Shown: positions 19,099 through 28,992 of the stretch, piece after piece
Layout of the letters: the number at the start of each line of letters is the position of its first letter
Position numbering within the stretch: the first letter of the stretch is position 1
Assembly: GCA_964504255.1 (NCBI GenBank)
Contig: CAZDDU010000001.1
Coordinates: 99,512 to 163,511 of the forward strand
Direction: 5' to 3'
DNA length: 64,000 nt
Origin: an uncultured Candidatus Saccharibacteria bacterium
GTDB lineage: Bacteria; Patescibacteriota; Minisyncoccia; Phycocordibacterales; Zambryskibacteraceae
The notes under the pieces: model-generated
The model's input: only the letters and a program-made list of their open reading frames with translations
The model's database searches: none
What the model was told of the DNA's origin: nothing
Translations under genes and position numbers: made by a program

Positions 19099-19533
19099 TC
19101 AAGCCCTGGCTAAACGCTTCTTCTTGAACACTTTTTTCAAAAACTTTCTTAATTTAAATATTTCCATATGAAAGAATGGGGTGAACCAGTCGATAGAAGC
19201 AGTGAAGAGGATTCCACCAGTAAAGAAGGTTGAGTGCTGCACAGTTTTAGATGCGAGAGAGACATCAAAAAGTTTATGCATATAGTAGGGGAGGAAGCCG
19301 ACTGAGGTGAGGTTCACCCCAGTTTGTCCCGCAAGATCGCGGAAGCGTTGCTCGACAATGGTCAACGGACAGTTGCCGTAGTATGACCAGAGTATGACGA
19401 TGAGCACCAAGGCTCCCGCCTCCCAAGGACGAAATCTCTTATATCTAAATGAGAGCAAAAGTCCAAGTACTACAGCAATAAGGGTGGCGACGTGTGCGAG
19501 GGCGGTTAGGTTCGCGAGTAGTGCATAATTCAT
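19099..19533 (-). CDS. DUF2784-like membrane protein
   Basis: CPLT..EQ.FR.LAG motif. Confidence 0.75.
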   Translation of the reverse strand: MNYALLANLTALAHVATLIAVVLGLLLSFRYKRFRPWEAGALVLIVILWSYYGNCPLTIVEQRFRDLAGQTGVNLTSVGFLPYYMHKLFDVSLASKTVQHSTFFTGGILFTASIDWFTPFFHMEIFKLRKFLKKVFKKKRLARA

Positions 19534-19600
19534 TCCGATAATTTTAGCACAAAGAAAAACACCATTCGGATTCTTTCGAATTCAAATGGTGTTGTTGTGC

Positions 19601-20173
19601 CTACGGGCAAGTAGTTTTGACAGTGAGGACGATGTCGCTTACTCCCATAGTGGCGGTGACATTGTCACCAGAAACGGTTTTCACCCTGATCGAGTCACTC
19701 ATGATCGAGAAGGTGTACGAACCAGCAGTCGGAGGGTTGGGGACACTGCCCTTGAGGGTTGTTCGCCACTTGCCTCCTGGCAGGATCGCAGACAATGTAC
19801 CGAACTGGATGTACGAAGCGATTGAGTCCGTCTGCGCATCGATGTTTGGGGTGATACTGTTGTCGCTGTTCCGCCATGAAGGGCTGAACTGCCACACCTT
19901 TATGCCAACAACAGTGCGCGCGGTCATTCTGACCGTGAGTTGCTTTGGTACGATTGAAGCTGTGCTCGAAGTGTTCTCGAACTCGACAGTGCCCATGTTG
20001 AGCGAGTCACTTGGTGTGTCGAGTCTCGCACACACACCCGGAGCGAGGAAGCGCACAGTCGCGCCGACAGTCTCGGGTCCGGGCTCGGTCGTACCTCCCT
20101 CGCCACAAGCAGTGATGAGGGAGATGAGGCCGATCAGGCTGAGGATCACGAACCTGCGGATGCTAGCAGTCAT
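19601..20173 (-). CDS. Hypothetical lipoprotein, Ser/Thr-rich beta domain
   Basis: ITAC lipobox followed by GEGGTTEP linker; GGAGG SD. Confidence 0.7.
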   Translation of the reverse strand: MTASIRRFVILSLIGLISLITACGEGGTTEPGPETVGATVRFLAPGVCARLDTPSDSLNMGTVEFENTSSTASIVPKQLTVRMTARTVVGIKVWQFSPSWRNSDNSITPNIDAQTDSIASYIQFGTLSAILPGGKWRTTLKGSVPNPPTAGSYTFSIMSDSIRVKTVSGDNVTATMGVSDIVLTVKTTCP

Positions 20174-20371
20174 TGGCCCCTCCGGGTCAATAGGGTTTGG
20201 AGAACTACATATCTGAAAGCCATTAGACTCCTATCATGTGTTCTTGTCAACTTTATTCAAAATGGATTTTGTAGGTGGAGCAGGAGAGACGGTTTTTTGA
20301 CATCCGTATTTTAAGGAGTACCTTGGTATTTGAGAGGTACGCCTCTCATAACCTTCACTGGAGGATCGGGT

Positions 20372-21082
20372 ATGCCCGAGACCACAGGAAACAAAGTTCT
20401 TTCCACGGGTGTTCTGACTCGTACGACTCCGCTTAGTCTGTCGGACTGGGAGGTTCTCATCGAGGATCGGGTGGCCATGCTCAGGCCTCATTGGGATGAG
20501 TTGGCGACGAGAGAACTCGCCACCGCCTTCCACTTGAGGAGTTGCAGTACTCGCAGGCATTTGATCAGGGAGGATGACCCTAAGTTCGAGAGGATTTTTC
20601 CCGATGGATCAAGGGATAAGAACTTCGAATTGGAGAGAGCTCTCTACGGGGATGAATTCAAGGCTCGGCGAGTGACGATTCCCAATTCTGGCTACGTGCC
20701 GGATGGTTTGCTGGGGGATTACGGAGCTCGTGATGGGGTGCTACTTAGTTGGCGGATCATGGAGAGCCGGACTTGGTCGATCGTGAGGGTTCACTTTATT
20801 GGTATTCGTGACCCAGAAGTCGACAAGCTGGATGACAGTCATGCGATGAACATCGCTGGCTGGTTCAGTGGGTATGAGAAGGCGACTCTAGTAGAGGTGC
20901 AGCCAATGGAGCTTGGCGAGCTCATCCAGACTCTTGCCATCAACCCTCTTGAGATCTGGCTCCGATTGGGTGAGGCGCTAATCCAACTCACCAGTCATCG
21001 CCGCCGTCTCTACGAGTCACTCCAAGCGCTCGAACGTAGGGTTCAGCGCGAGGAAGAGATGTTCCGTCATGTTCCCAACTGA
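20372..21082 (+). CDS. Hypothetical protein
   Basis: Long ORF with GGAGG SD. Confidence 0.65.
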   Translation: MPETTGNKVLSTGVLTRTTPLSLSDWEVLIEDRVAMLRPHWDELATRELATAFHLRSCSTRRHLIREDDPKFERIFPDGSRDKNFELERALYGDEFKARRVTIPNSGYVPDGLLGDYGARDGVLLSWRIMESRTWSIVRVHFIGIRDPEVDKLDDSHAMNIAGWFSGYEKATLVEVQPMELGELIQTLAINPLEIWLRLGEALIQLTSHRRRLYESLQALERRVQREEEMFRHVPN

Positions 21083-21101
21083 GAGCCTTGCTCTCAGTTT
21101 T

Positions 21102-23258
21102 TTATTCAAAATGGATTTTTTGTTCTGAGGATCCCAATCTCTTGCTTAGTTTTGGATACTTTTTTAATTCGGGATCCGTTTCAATAATCTTTACTGCCTC
21201 AGTGCGAGCCGCTTCGACCATCTTGAGGTTCTTAATAGCTTCCATTCCAATGTCCGAGATGCCCCATTGTTTTAGACCACCAAGTTCGCCGGCACCACGC
21301 TGACGAAGATCGTGCTCTGCAAGTTCGAACCCATTCTTTGCTGTTTTGAGCGCCCTCAATCTCTCAATAGAAGTTTGAGAAGTCGAGTCAGTGAAGACAT
21401 AGGCGTACGGCTGGTGAGTACCACGAAGCACTCGTCCACGAAGTTGATGAAGTTGTGAGAGACCAAAGCGCTCTGCACCTTCGATAACTATCACACTAGC
21501 ATTCTCCACGTTCACTCCCACTTCGACTACCGATGTAGAGACGAGTATATCCAATCTTCCTTCCTTAAACTCATTCATCACTCTCTCCTTTTCATCTGTG
21601 CTCATCTTCGAATGCATGATACCTATCTCGTATTCGGGGAAGATGCTTTTCTTCAACCTTTTTGCTTCTTCTTTAACCGACTTCGCTTGCACGGCAAATT
21701 CTTTGTCTGGGTCTGGTTCGTCTATGCGTGGACAGATAATGTATGCTTGGCGACCCTTCACGAGTTCCTCGCGTATCTTTTCGTAAGTTTCTTTACGCTT
21801 GCTTGGGAGGACTATCTCAGTAATTATTTTTTTCCTTCCTTCTGGCATCTCGTCTAGTAGAGTGAGATCAAGGTCGCCGTAGAGTGTAAGTGCGAGAGTG
21901 CGAGGTATGGGAGTAGCCGTCATTGAGAGTAGGTGGGGTGCGACCTTGTCTTTATTTACCAGAGCTTGTCTTTGCTTCGTGCCGAAGCGATGTTGCTCGT
22001 CAATTACAGCTAACGCCAGGTGTTTGAAGGAGACTGACTTCTGTATCAGAGCATGAGTGCCTATGACTATAGCAATTTCACCATTAGCCACCCACTTCTT
22101 GAGCTGGGGTCGAGAGATGTCAGTTGGGTTTTCTGGATTCACCTTGCTTGGGAATTTCTTGCAACCTGCTCCTGTGATGAGAGCGATGTTTATCGGCATG
22201 TGTCTAAAGAGCTTGATAAACGAGTCGAAGTGTTGCTTGGCCAGTATCTCAGTTGGTGCCATGATCGCCGTTTGCAACGTACCGAAGCTCTGGCCCTTGG
22301 GTTTCGAGGTTGTAATAGCGTATGCGAGCGTGGCTGCGACAGCAGTCTTGCCACTGCCCACATCTCCTTCTAGAAGCCTAGACATTGGGTACCCACGACG
22401 GAAGTCATCAAGCGCAGCTTCGACCGCTCTCCTCTGAGCTTTCGTTGCCTCGAAGGGGAATCTAGATATAAACTTTTCTACGTCATCCACACCCTTCTCA
22501 ATCTTGAAGGCATTCTGTATTTGGAATAAATGCTTGGACCTCTGCTTCTCTAATTGGATAAAAAATATTTCCTCGAAGGCAAATCTTTTCCTTGCTACTT
22601 CAGCGTCACTAAGTTTTTTGGGTGTATGGATATAGAGGAGTGCGGTGCGGAGAGAGGGGAGAGAATACTTTTTCAAACTATTTTCTGGTATTGGATCTTC
22701 TAGTTTGTCGAGGACACCACTAAGGAAGATGTTTTGAATCTTATGCATGATCCAGTTACTCGTTAGCCCCTTCGTCTCTCTGTATACTGGGTAGAGAGCA
22801 TGGACACCACTCTCTTCACCAAAGAGTGATACTCCGATAGTCTCTGGGAGTTTATCTACCTGCTCGACCTTGGGGTTTGAGAAGTAGAGTTCATTTCTTC
22901 TTTCACTTACTTTGCCCTCAATACGTACGAAGCCTCCTTCATGGAGCATCTTCGCAAGGTACGCTTGGTGGAACCAAACTATTTTTATCTTCTCTGACCC
23001 GTCTGTTACCCAAGCCTCTGACATTGGGATCTTCTTAGTCCAAGCTTTTTTGGTTTCTAGTCCTGTGATCTTGCCGAAGATGGTGGCTGTCTCTCCTTTC
23101 TTAAGTGAGGCAATGTTACTCACTTCTGCTGTGTCGGTATAGCGAGTGGGGAAGTGATAAAGTATGTCCTCGATAGTGAGTAGTCCGAGTCTCTTCAGAG
23201 CCTTCTCTTGTGCAGGAAGTATCCGGAAGTGTGTCTTGAGGTTATCCCTTAAATTCAT
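21102..23258 (-). CDS. recG: ATP-dependent DNA helicase RecG
   Basis: GDVGSGKT, DEQHRFG, MTATPIPRTL, QLHQLRGRV. Confidence 0.97.
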   Translation of the reverse strand: MNLRDNLKTHFRILPAQEKALKRLGLLTIEDILYHFPTRYTDTAEVSNIASLKKGETATIFGKITGLETKKAWTKKIPMSEAWVTDGSEKIKIVWFHQAYLAKMLHEGGFVRIEGKVSERRNELYFSNPKVEQVDKLPETIGVSLFGEESGVHALYPVYRETKGLTSNWIMHKIQNIFLSGVLDKLEDPIPENSLKKYSLPSLRTALLYIHTPKKLSDAEVARKRFAFEEIFFIQLEKQRSKHLFQIQNAFKIEKGVDDVEKFISRFPFEATKAQRRAVEAALDDFRRGYPMSRLLEGDVGSGKTAVAATLAYAITTSKPKGQSFGTLQTAIMAPTEILAKQHFDSFIKLFRHMPINIALITGAGCKKFPSKVNPENPTDISRPQLKKWVANGEIAIVIGTHALIQKSVSFKHLALAVIDEQHRFGTKQRQALVNKDKVAPHLLSMTATPIPRTLALTLYGDLDLTLLDEMPEGRKKIITEIVLPSKRKETYEKIREELVKGRQAYIICPRIDEPDPDKEFAVQAKSVKEEAKRLKKSIFPEYEIGIMHSKMSTDEKERVMNEFKEGRLDILVSTSVVEVGVNVENASVIVIEGAERFGLSQLHQLRGRVLRGTHQPYAYVFTDSTSQTSIERLRALKTAKNGFELAEHDLRQRGAGELGGLKQWGISDIGMEAIKNLKMVEAARTEAVKIIETDPELKKYPKLSKRLGSSEQKIHFE

Positions 23259-23300
23259 TTTTCTATTTTACCCTTAAAAGGATAGAATAGGGTCTATTGT

Positions 23301-23945
23301 ATGAAGGACTTTTTCAAGACATTGCCAGAGAATATAGCTGAAAACTTCAAGGGTCTTAACCTCGTTTGGAACGCTCTTGCTATAGTTATAACTTTTTTAG
23401 TGGTTACTTTGGGTGTTGATTGGTACTACTTTCTCCTAACCAGGAGTGACTTTGTAATTCTCTTCTCTTGGCCAGCCGCTGTGCTCGGAGGATTGCTGCC
23501 CATTTTGCTTCCCCTCACCTTACTTATTTACGGTAGGCGTAAGAGTAGAACGAATCTTGTTATTCTGGCATGGGCACTAGCACAGGCTGCACTTATTGGT
23601 TCACTCGTCTCTTCTTTCTACAAGTCTTTAACGGGCCGTATTCAACCAGATTTGGCTAACACACTTATTGACTCTAGTCGGCAATTTAATTTTGGATTTT
23701 TGGAGCATGGAGTCTTTTGGGGTTGGCCGTCTTCGCATACCACCATTGCCTTTGCTATGGCGCTTACACTAGTTGCCTTATACCCAGATAATAAGAAGTT
23801 GAGATTCTTCGCTATTCTTTATGCAATATATATTGGCCTTGGTGTCTCAACCACCATACACTGGCTTTCCGAATTTCTCGCTGGCGCAATTATTGGCTCT
23901 GTTATAGGCATGGTTGTTGGCAAGAGTTTCAAGAAAAGATTATGA
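23301..23945 (+). CDS. PAP2 family membrane phosphatase
   Basis: K...GR..P, WPSSH, IHWLSE. Confidence 0.85.
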   Translation: MKDFFKTLPENIAENFKGLNLVWNALAIVITFLVVTLGVDWYYFLLTRSDFVILFSWPAAVLGGLLPILLPLTLLIYGRRKSRTNLVILAWALAQAALIGSLVSSFYKSLTGRIQPDLANTLIDSSRQFNFGFLEHGVFWGWPSSHTTIAFAMALTLVALYPDNKKLRFFAILYAIYIGLGVSTTIHWLSEFLAGAIIGSVIGMVVGKSFKKRL

Positions 23946-23957
23946 AAAAGCCGCGGA

Positions 23958-24236
23958 CTACTGTCCGCGGCGCCTGACCACTTCATCCCTGAAGAGTCTG
24001 AGAAGGTCTCCGTCGAGACCGAGGTCACCGTTCTCACGGACTCTGATGAGATTCTTCTCAAGCAGAGAGTCGGCTGCTCCCTTGAAGTCGGCACTGCTCA
24101 TGCGAGTCTCCACCTCAACAAGATTAAAATCGATGTACTCCACACCTCCAGCTACAGAGAGTTCATTGAAGAGAACTGAGGCGATCAGAGCCTCTTTGAA
24201 GTTAAGTGTGTACCACGCCGGCGAATGGTCGAGCAA
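23958..24236 (-). CDS. Hypothetical protein, possible winged helix
   Basis: TTG start after AGGAG; own TTGACT/TATAAT promoter. Confidence 0.55.
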   Translation of the reverse strand: MLDHSPAWYTLNFKEALIASVLFNELSVAGGVEYIDFNLVEVETRMSSADFKGAADSLLEKNLIRVRENGDLGLDGDLLRLFRDEVVRRRGQ

Positions 24237-24312
24237 TGCTACTCCTATGTTAAGTTGTCTACGTACAATTATAACCTATTTTTATTATGTAGTCAATGAA
24301 AAAGCGTACCCA

Positions 24313-24942
24313 CTAGGTACGCTCGCGTCTGATCAGTCTCCTGGCAAGACGAGTGATCTCACCCTCAGCCCGGTTCACATCTGACTTCACGGTGCCTTGT
24401 GGGCACATCATGATTAATGCAGTCTCGGCGATGGTATGGCGCTCGAGTCTCCGGAGTTCGAAGATCCTTCTCCTTCTTTCCGGTATCCGCTTGAGACATT
24501 CAGCGAGTACGAGTCTTGCTTCTCGTTCTCTTATAGCGATTTCCGGGTCTTGCCTCGGATCCTCAAACTCGATCTCCCTGTCTCCAGTTTCACTTTTTTT
24601 GATTGGCTGGAAGAGGGAGATTATGTTTCTTTTACGACTACGAATCTCATTCGAGCATAGTCTTGAAGCTATGGTATAGATCCAAGTAGAGAACTTCCTT
24701 GTCGGATCATATTTCTCGAGATGTCGCCAGACTCTGAAGAAGGTCTCTTGGACGATGTCCTCTGATCTCTCTTTGTCGCCCACCATGCTTTGTACAAACC
24801 GCAGGAGTTTCTTCTCGTACTTCTGGTGGAGAAGTTCGAAGGCTCGTTCATCACCTTTGAGGTGTCTCGCTACTAGTTCGTTGTCCTCATCATGGAACTC
24901 TGGATTATCTCTGACTCGTCTCACAGCCCTCGCTCTTGGCAT
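24313..24942 (-). CDS. ECF-type RNA polymerase sigma-70 factor
   Basis: GDERAFELL, EDIVQETF, FSTWIYTIA, GTVKS. Confidence 0.9.
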   Translation of the reverse strand: MPRARAVRRVRDNPEFHDEDNELVARHLKGDERAFELLHQKYEKKLLRFVQSMVGDKERSEDIVQETFFRVWRHLEKYDPTRKFSTWIYTIASRLCSNEIRSRKRNIISLFQPIKKSETGDREIEFEDPRQDPEIAIREREARLVLAECLKRIPERRRRIFELRRLERHTIAETALIMMCPQGTVKSDVNRAEGEITRLARRLIRRERT

Positions 24943-25004
24943 GTTCGGGTCCTCTGAGTGGGGTTTGGGTACAGTCTGGGGATGATTTTGCTCCTCCTTA
25001 AACT

Positions 25005-25394
25005 TTATTGCAAATGAGATTCACCGTTTCTGACTCTTTTCCTGTGTGCGAGGAAGCCCCATGTATTGAAGATGAGGAAGGCTACTATAGAGCAGATGAC
25101 TACTGAAAGACTTATGCTCATGTCACGTCCAAGATAGAAGTAGAGGACAGCAAGGAAGCCCAAGAAGTCGAATACCACATCCATTACCATGTTTGATATG
25201 TGTTCCTTTATGCCGAGAGTCACTTCTACGGCCTCCCAACCTACAAAGAGCATCGATGCTACAACGAAGGAGAGTGTAAGTTCTGTGTTGAAGTAGAAGA
25301 GTGTGGATGCGAGCACCACTCCCGAGAGAGTGTGAGTAATACTCCAAAGATCGTAATGTCTACCTTCCTTCCAATGATGTGCGAATCCTTTCAT
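25005..25394 (-). CDS. Membrane protein (DLWSITH..SG, WE..E motif)
   Basis: Four TM segments. Confidence 0.7.
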   Translation of the reverse strand: MKGFAHHWKEGRHYDLWSITHTLSGVVLASTLFYFNTELTLSFVVASMLFVGWEAVEVTLGIKEHISNMVMDVVFDFLGFLAVLYFYLGRDMSISLSVVICSIVAFLIFNTWGFLAHRKRVRNGESHLQ

Positions 25395-25461
25395 GCACGA
25401 AGCATATCACACTAGGTTGCTTAGTCTGTTACAATGTTTCTATTAACATAATCTAACCACC

Positions 25462-25812
25462 ATGCTTATCTCACTACTCGACTACTTCGACATTGGCTTA
25501 CTTCTTCTTAGGCTCACAGTTGGAGCGATATTCATCGTCCACGCAATACCTAAGTTCAAGGACAAGGAGTGGATGCCTCTCGGGGTAGTAGAGGTCTTAG
25601 GTGGTATAGCAGTCGCACTAGGCATCTTTACTCAACTAGCGGCTCTCGGTCTCTCGATCATCATGGTCGGTGCTATCTACATGAAGTCGAGAAAGTGGGG
25701 GATACCATTCACCACCCAGAGTTCTACTGGTTGGGAGTTCGACTTACTTATCCTTGTGGCGAACATTGTCATTGTTACAACTGGTGGAGGTGCCCTAGTA
25801 CTCTTCTCATAA
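25462..25812 (+). CDS. DoxX family protein
   Basis: LLLLRLTVGAIFIVH..PK, E..GG, GWEFDLL. Confidence 0.85.
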   Translation: MLISLLDYFDIGLLLLRLTVGAIFIVHAIPKFKDKEWMPLGVVEVLGGIAVALGIFTQLAALGLSIIMVGAIYMKSRKWGIPFTTQSSTGWEFDLLILVANIVIVTTGGGALVLFS

Positions 25813-25816
25813 ATAT

Positions 25817-26149
25817 ATGAAGACTCTCATACATCTATTACTCTCAGCGTTGGCTATATTCGTTACTGCTTACTTACTCCCAGGAGTTGAGGTAGATACT
25901 TGGGTTACTTACTTTATTCTTGCTGTAGTCTTGGGTGCGATCAACATCTTCATAAGGCCCATTCTTACCTTACTTACTCTCCCTCTCTCGATCATCACTC
26001 TGGGTCTATTCTCAGTAGTTATCAACGCCTTTATGGTGATGCTTGCTGACAGGATCGTTCCTGGTTTTTCTGTTGACGGTTTTGTCTCCGCACTTCTCTT
26101 CGGGATCGTTCTCGGAGTAGTTACTTTTGTACTTAAGAGGTTTGATTAA
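25817..26149 (+). CDS. YvlD/DUF360 (4-TMS holin-like) membrane protein
   Basis: IRPILTLLTLPLSIITLGLFSVVINA. Confidence 0.88.
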   Translation: MKTLIHLLLSALAIFVTAYLLPGVEVDTWVTYFILAVVLGAINIFIRPILTLLTLPLSIITLGLFSVVINAFMVMLADRIVPGFSVDGFVSALLFGIVLGVVTFVLKRFD

Positions 26150-27075
26150 CTGCTTAGTGTGAACTCGACAATCACATAGGTTATCCAAAGTAGCGCAAGG
26201 ATCGCACCTTCCTTCACACTGATCTTTCTGTTTGTATGCATAAAGTTCACGAGCATCATCGCTCCGAGGAACATGAACCCTCCAGTAATGTAAATAATTT
26301 TTGTGGGGAAGGCGAATGGCGATATGACTGCAAGTATGCCGACAACTATAGTTGCGTCAGCAAGCACTGTGCCCAAGAGGTCGCCGACAGCCAGACTGTC
26401 CTCCTCACGCTCGACAGACTTGAGAGAGAAGAAGAGTTCGGGCATAGTGGTCCCAAGACCGACGATGAGCATGCCGATAAGTACTGGACTAATGCCCAAA
26501 GCGAGCGCAAGCGAGCTAGCAGATGAGACGGTGAAGTGGGATCCAACTAGCAGGAGTGCTACAGAGAAGGTGAGTAGGTAGAGACTCTTGTACGCTTTCA
26601 CCGCTGTGTGTTGAGTGGGGGAGTCGCTCACTCCACCTTTAAATATTTTGTAGTAGAAGTAGCTTCCCGCGATAATGAGGAAGATCCCTTCGAGTCTAGA
26701 GTAATACCCATTGAGTCCAAAAATAAGTGGTATGAGGATAAAGAGAGGGAAAAACTCAGTGCTGCTTAGAACTTTGTTGCTAACTCTAACACCTCGCCCG
26801 ATATGGAAGATGAGTATGGCGAAGATGATCGTGAGATCAGCGACATTCGAGCCGAAGAGTGTACCGAGTCCGAACTCGGGCATTCCGGCTAGAGCCGAGT
26901 TAATCGCGATCATGGTCTCAGGGAGTATCGAGATGAGTGCTACGACAATGAAACCGATAACATAGCGAGAGATGTGGAAGCTCTGGGCTAGTCTCGTCGC
27001 ATGCTTGGTGGACATGGTAGAACCACGTATAACGAGGAAGAGCGAGCCGACGAAGATAAAGATACTTTCTGCCAT
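26146..27075 (-). CDS. Sodium/calcium antiporter (CaCA family)
   Basis: Two alpha repeats: SILPE..GSNVAD and GTTMPE..GTVLAD. Confidence 0.88.
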   Translation of the reverse strand: MAESIFIFVGSLFLVIRGSTMSTKHATRLAQSFHISRYVIGFIVVALISILPETMIAINSALAGMPEFGLGTLFGSNVADLTIIFAILIFHIGRGVRVSNKVLSSTEFFPLFILIPLIFGLNGYYSRLEGIFLIIAGSYFYYKIFKGGVSDSPTQHTAVKAYKSLYLLTFSVALLLVGSHFTVSSASSLALALGISPVLIGMLIVGLGTTMPELFFSLKSVEREEDSLAVGDLLGTVLADATIVVGILAVISPFAFPTKIIYITGGFMFLGAMMLVNFMHTNRKISVKEGAILALLWITYVIVEFTLSS

Positions 27076-27156
27076 CCTTTGATTATATCCGTATTTCGCA
27101 CCCCGAGCACTTTTTTTGTTATAGTATCAACTGTAACCAGATTAATTGATAATAAA

Positions 27157-27570
27157 ATGAACATGAGTAGAGAGAAAATGGTGGACGTTGCCTTCGTGCT
27201 CCTTAGAGTAGTCGCAGGATTATTATTCCTTCAACATGGTGGTCAAAAGATTTTTGGCTGGTTTGGTTCAGGTATGAGTATTGGTGCGCTACCAACCTTG
27301 ATAGCAATTGCCGGCCTTCTTGAAACCATAGGTGGGTTACTAATAGTGGTGGGTGCTTTTGTAAGACCAGTCGCCTTTATCCTATCAGGTGAGATGGCCG
27401 TAGCTTACTTCATGGCACACTTCGCCAAAGGTTTTTGGCCGATACAAAATGGGGGTGAGGCAGCAGCTCTCTTCGCATTCATCTTTCTATTTCTTGCTGC
27501 ACAGGGTGCAGGTAAGTGGAGTATTGATGATTGGATGAAGAACAGGAAGATGGGTGTTCAGCAGGTGTAA
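27157..27570 (+). CDS. DoxX family protein
   Basis: LRVVAGLLFLQHGGQKIFG, GEMAVAYFMAH, GAGKWSID. Confidence 0.9.
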   Translation: MNMSREKMVDVAFVLLRVVAGLLFLQHGGQKIFGWFGSGMSIGALPTLIAIAGLLETIGGLLIVVGAFVRPVAFILSGEMAVAYFMAHFAKGFWPIQNGGEAAALFAFIFLFLAAQGAGKWSIDDWMKNRKMGVQQV

Positions 27571-28086
27571 CTACATCTTTCTAGAATCATATGCCCAATG
27601 AAGCAGCGCCTGGCGCTGCTTTGTATTGCAAGAGAAGTCGCCCACCCGACATTTGTTCACCACCTGCGCGACATGTCGTCTCATAGCGACCCAACGCTTG
27701 ATCTGCTTCTCATCTTCTTTAGGTGTCCTCCTGCCCATGTAGTAGCGGGCGTACCACTCGAACCAACCCCTGGGGTCGTCCTTGTGTATCCAGCCCTTCT
27801 CTCGCCATACCTCTAATGGTTGAGACGCATCTACTTTGAAGAAGTTTAGAGTTTTGTCATGCCCAGGCACACCTTCTTTATGTAGCTTTGCTTTAGCAAA
27901 CCAATTCTTAGGGTACTCGTCTTTGCAATCTCTCATGTACCTGCCACCGAAGACTCCGAGCTCAAGCATCTCTTTTGGTGTTAGGTCTGGTTTAAAGTCT
28001 TTATCAAAGTTTTTCCCCACAGGTTCTACGAGTTCGTACTCGTAACCCTTTTGCATTTTGTTGTCTACCTTTACGATCTTTTTCAT
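27571..28086 (-). CDS. Conserved hypothetical protein
   Basis: PDLTPKEMLELGVFGG, DPRGWFEWYARYYMGRR, RQALLHWAYD. Confidence 0.8.
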   Translation of the reverse strand: MKKIVKVDNKMQKGYEYELVEPVGKNFDKDFKPDLTPKEMLELGVFGGRYMRDCKDEYPKNWFAKAKLHKEGVPGHDKTLNFFKVDASQPLEVWREKGWIHKDDPRGWFEWYARYYMGRRTPKEDEKQIKRWVAMRRHVAQVVNKCRVGDFSCNTKQRQALLHWAYDSRKM

Positions 28087-28544
28087 TAGTTGGTACTCAA
28101 ATAGTATGCGAGGAGGAAGAGTGCAGACCACCAACCGAGGTCAGATATGATAAATGAGAAAGCAACCTTCCTCTGCCAACTTTCGGGCAAGAGCTCCTTT
28201 GCCTTACCCTCTACCTCTTGCTTCAAAAGGTATGGACTCACAACAAAACTGAGGAAGAGTCCGTTCAAGATGAGTACTACTGCAATACATAAGAGAGTGA
28301 GAGGAATGGTGGTGAAGGGGAAATTTCTGAAGTATAAAACTCCGCCAATTATCGCGAGTGTCGTGCCGAGCCAGATCAAGGGCTTCGTTACCTTGTGAGT
28401 GCGGATAGTTGCTTCACTCCAGTAAGAAGACTTCCTCCCCAAGAAGCCGTGCATATCGATCACTGTCACTGCACCGAGCCCGATGACAAAGCCCGAGAGT
28501 AGGAGAAAGAGGGGGATAACTTCAATAATGTTATTTGTCATCAA
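28086..28544 (-). CDS. Hypothetical membrane protein
   Basis: Four TM segments; coupled to downstream gene. Confidence 0.7.
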   Translation of the reverse strand: MMTNNIIEVIPLFLLLSGFVIGLGAVTVIDMHGFLGRKSSYWSEATIRTHKVTKPLIWLGTTLAIIGGVLYFRNFPFTTIPLTLLCIAVVLILNGLFLSFVVSPYLLKQEVEGKAKELLPESWQRKVAFSFIISDLGWWSALFLLAYYLSTN

Positions 28545-28629
28545 TAGATTATTTCACATTCTTTGACTTGACCAAAGCTCTCTAGTATTAGAGGATTCTC
28601 CTAGACAGAACCTAAATTCCGGAGGAGAG

Positions 28630-28938
28630 ATGAAGAAACCGAAGTTCCTTAGGAAGAGGTATGCCGACTTTTCGCTAGGGGAGTTAGGTCTTTGCTTGGG
28701 GGCACTCTGTGTTGTTACGCAGACTCTATATGTGCTTCTGAGTCTTGTGGCAGATAGCAAGTTTGTTTTTCATCCGGTTGTGTACTGGGTCTTGGCAATT
28801 GTAGGGTATCTGATCTTCATCGTTCTCGGAGTCTTGACCTTGGTCTTTGGATTTGGAGTCATACTTCGAATCATGGATCGAAGGGAGATTAAGAAACTAA
28901 TCAAAGAATGTAACGAAGAGGAAAAGGTGCATAGATAA
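28630..28938 (+). CDS. Hypothetical two-TM protein
   Basis: GGAGG SD; terminator after. Confidence 0.6.
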   Translation: MKKPKFLRKRYADFSLGELGLCLGALCVVTQTLYVLLSLVADSKFVFHPVVYWVLAIVGYLIFIVLGVLTLVFGFGVILRIMDRREIKKLIKECNEEEKVHR

Positions 28939-28992
28939 TTAAGCGCGACCCCACGTCGCGCTTTTTCTTACCTAGGAGAGGTCTAGGGAAAG

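Noticed and set aside
25817-26149. Holin-like gene as prophage evidence
   Set aside because: YvlD/DUF360 family is commonly chromosomal; no other phage genes nearby
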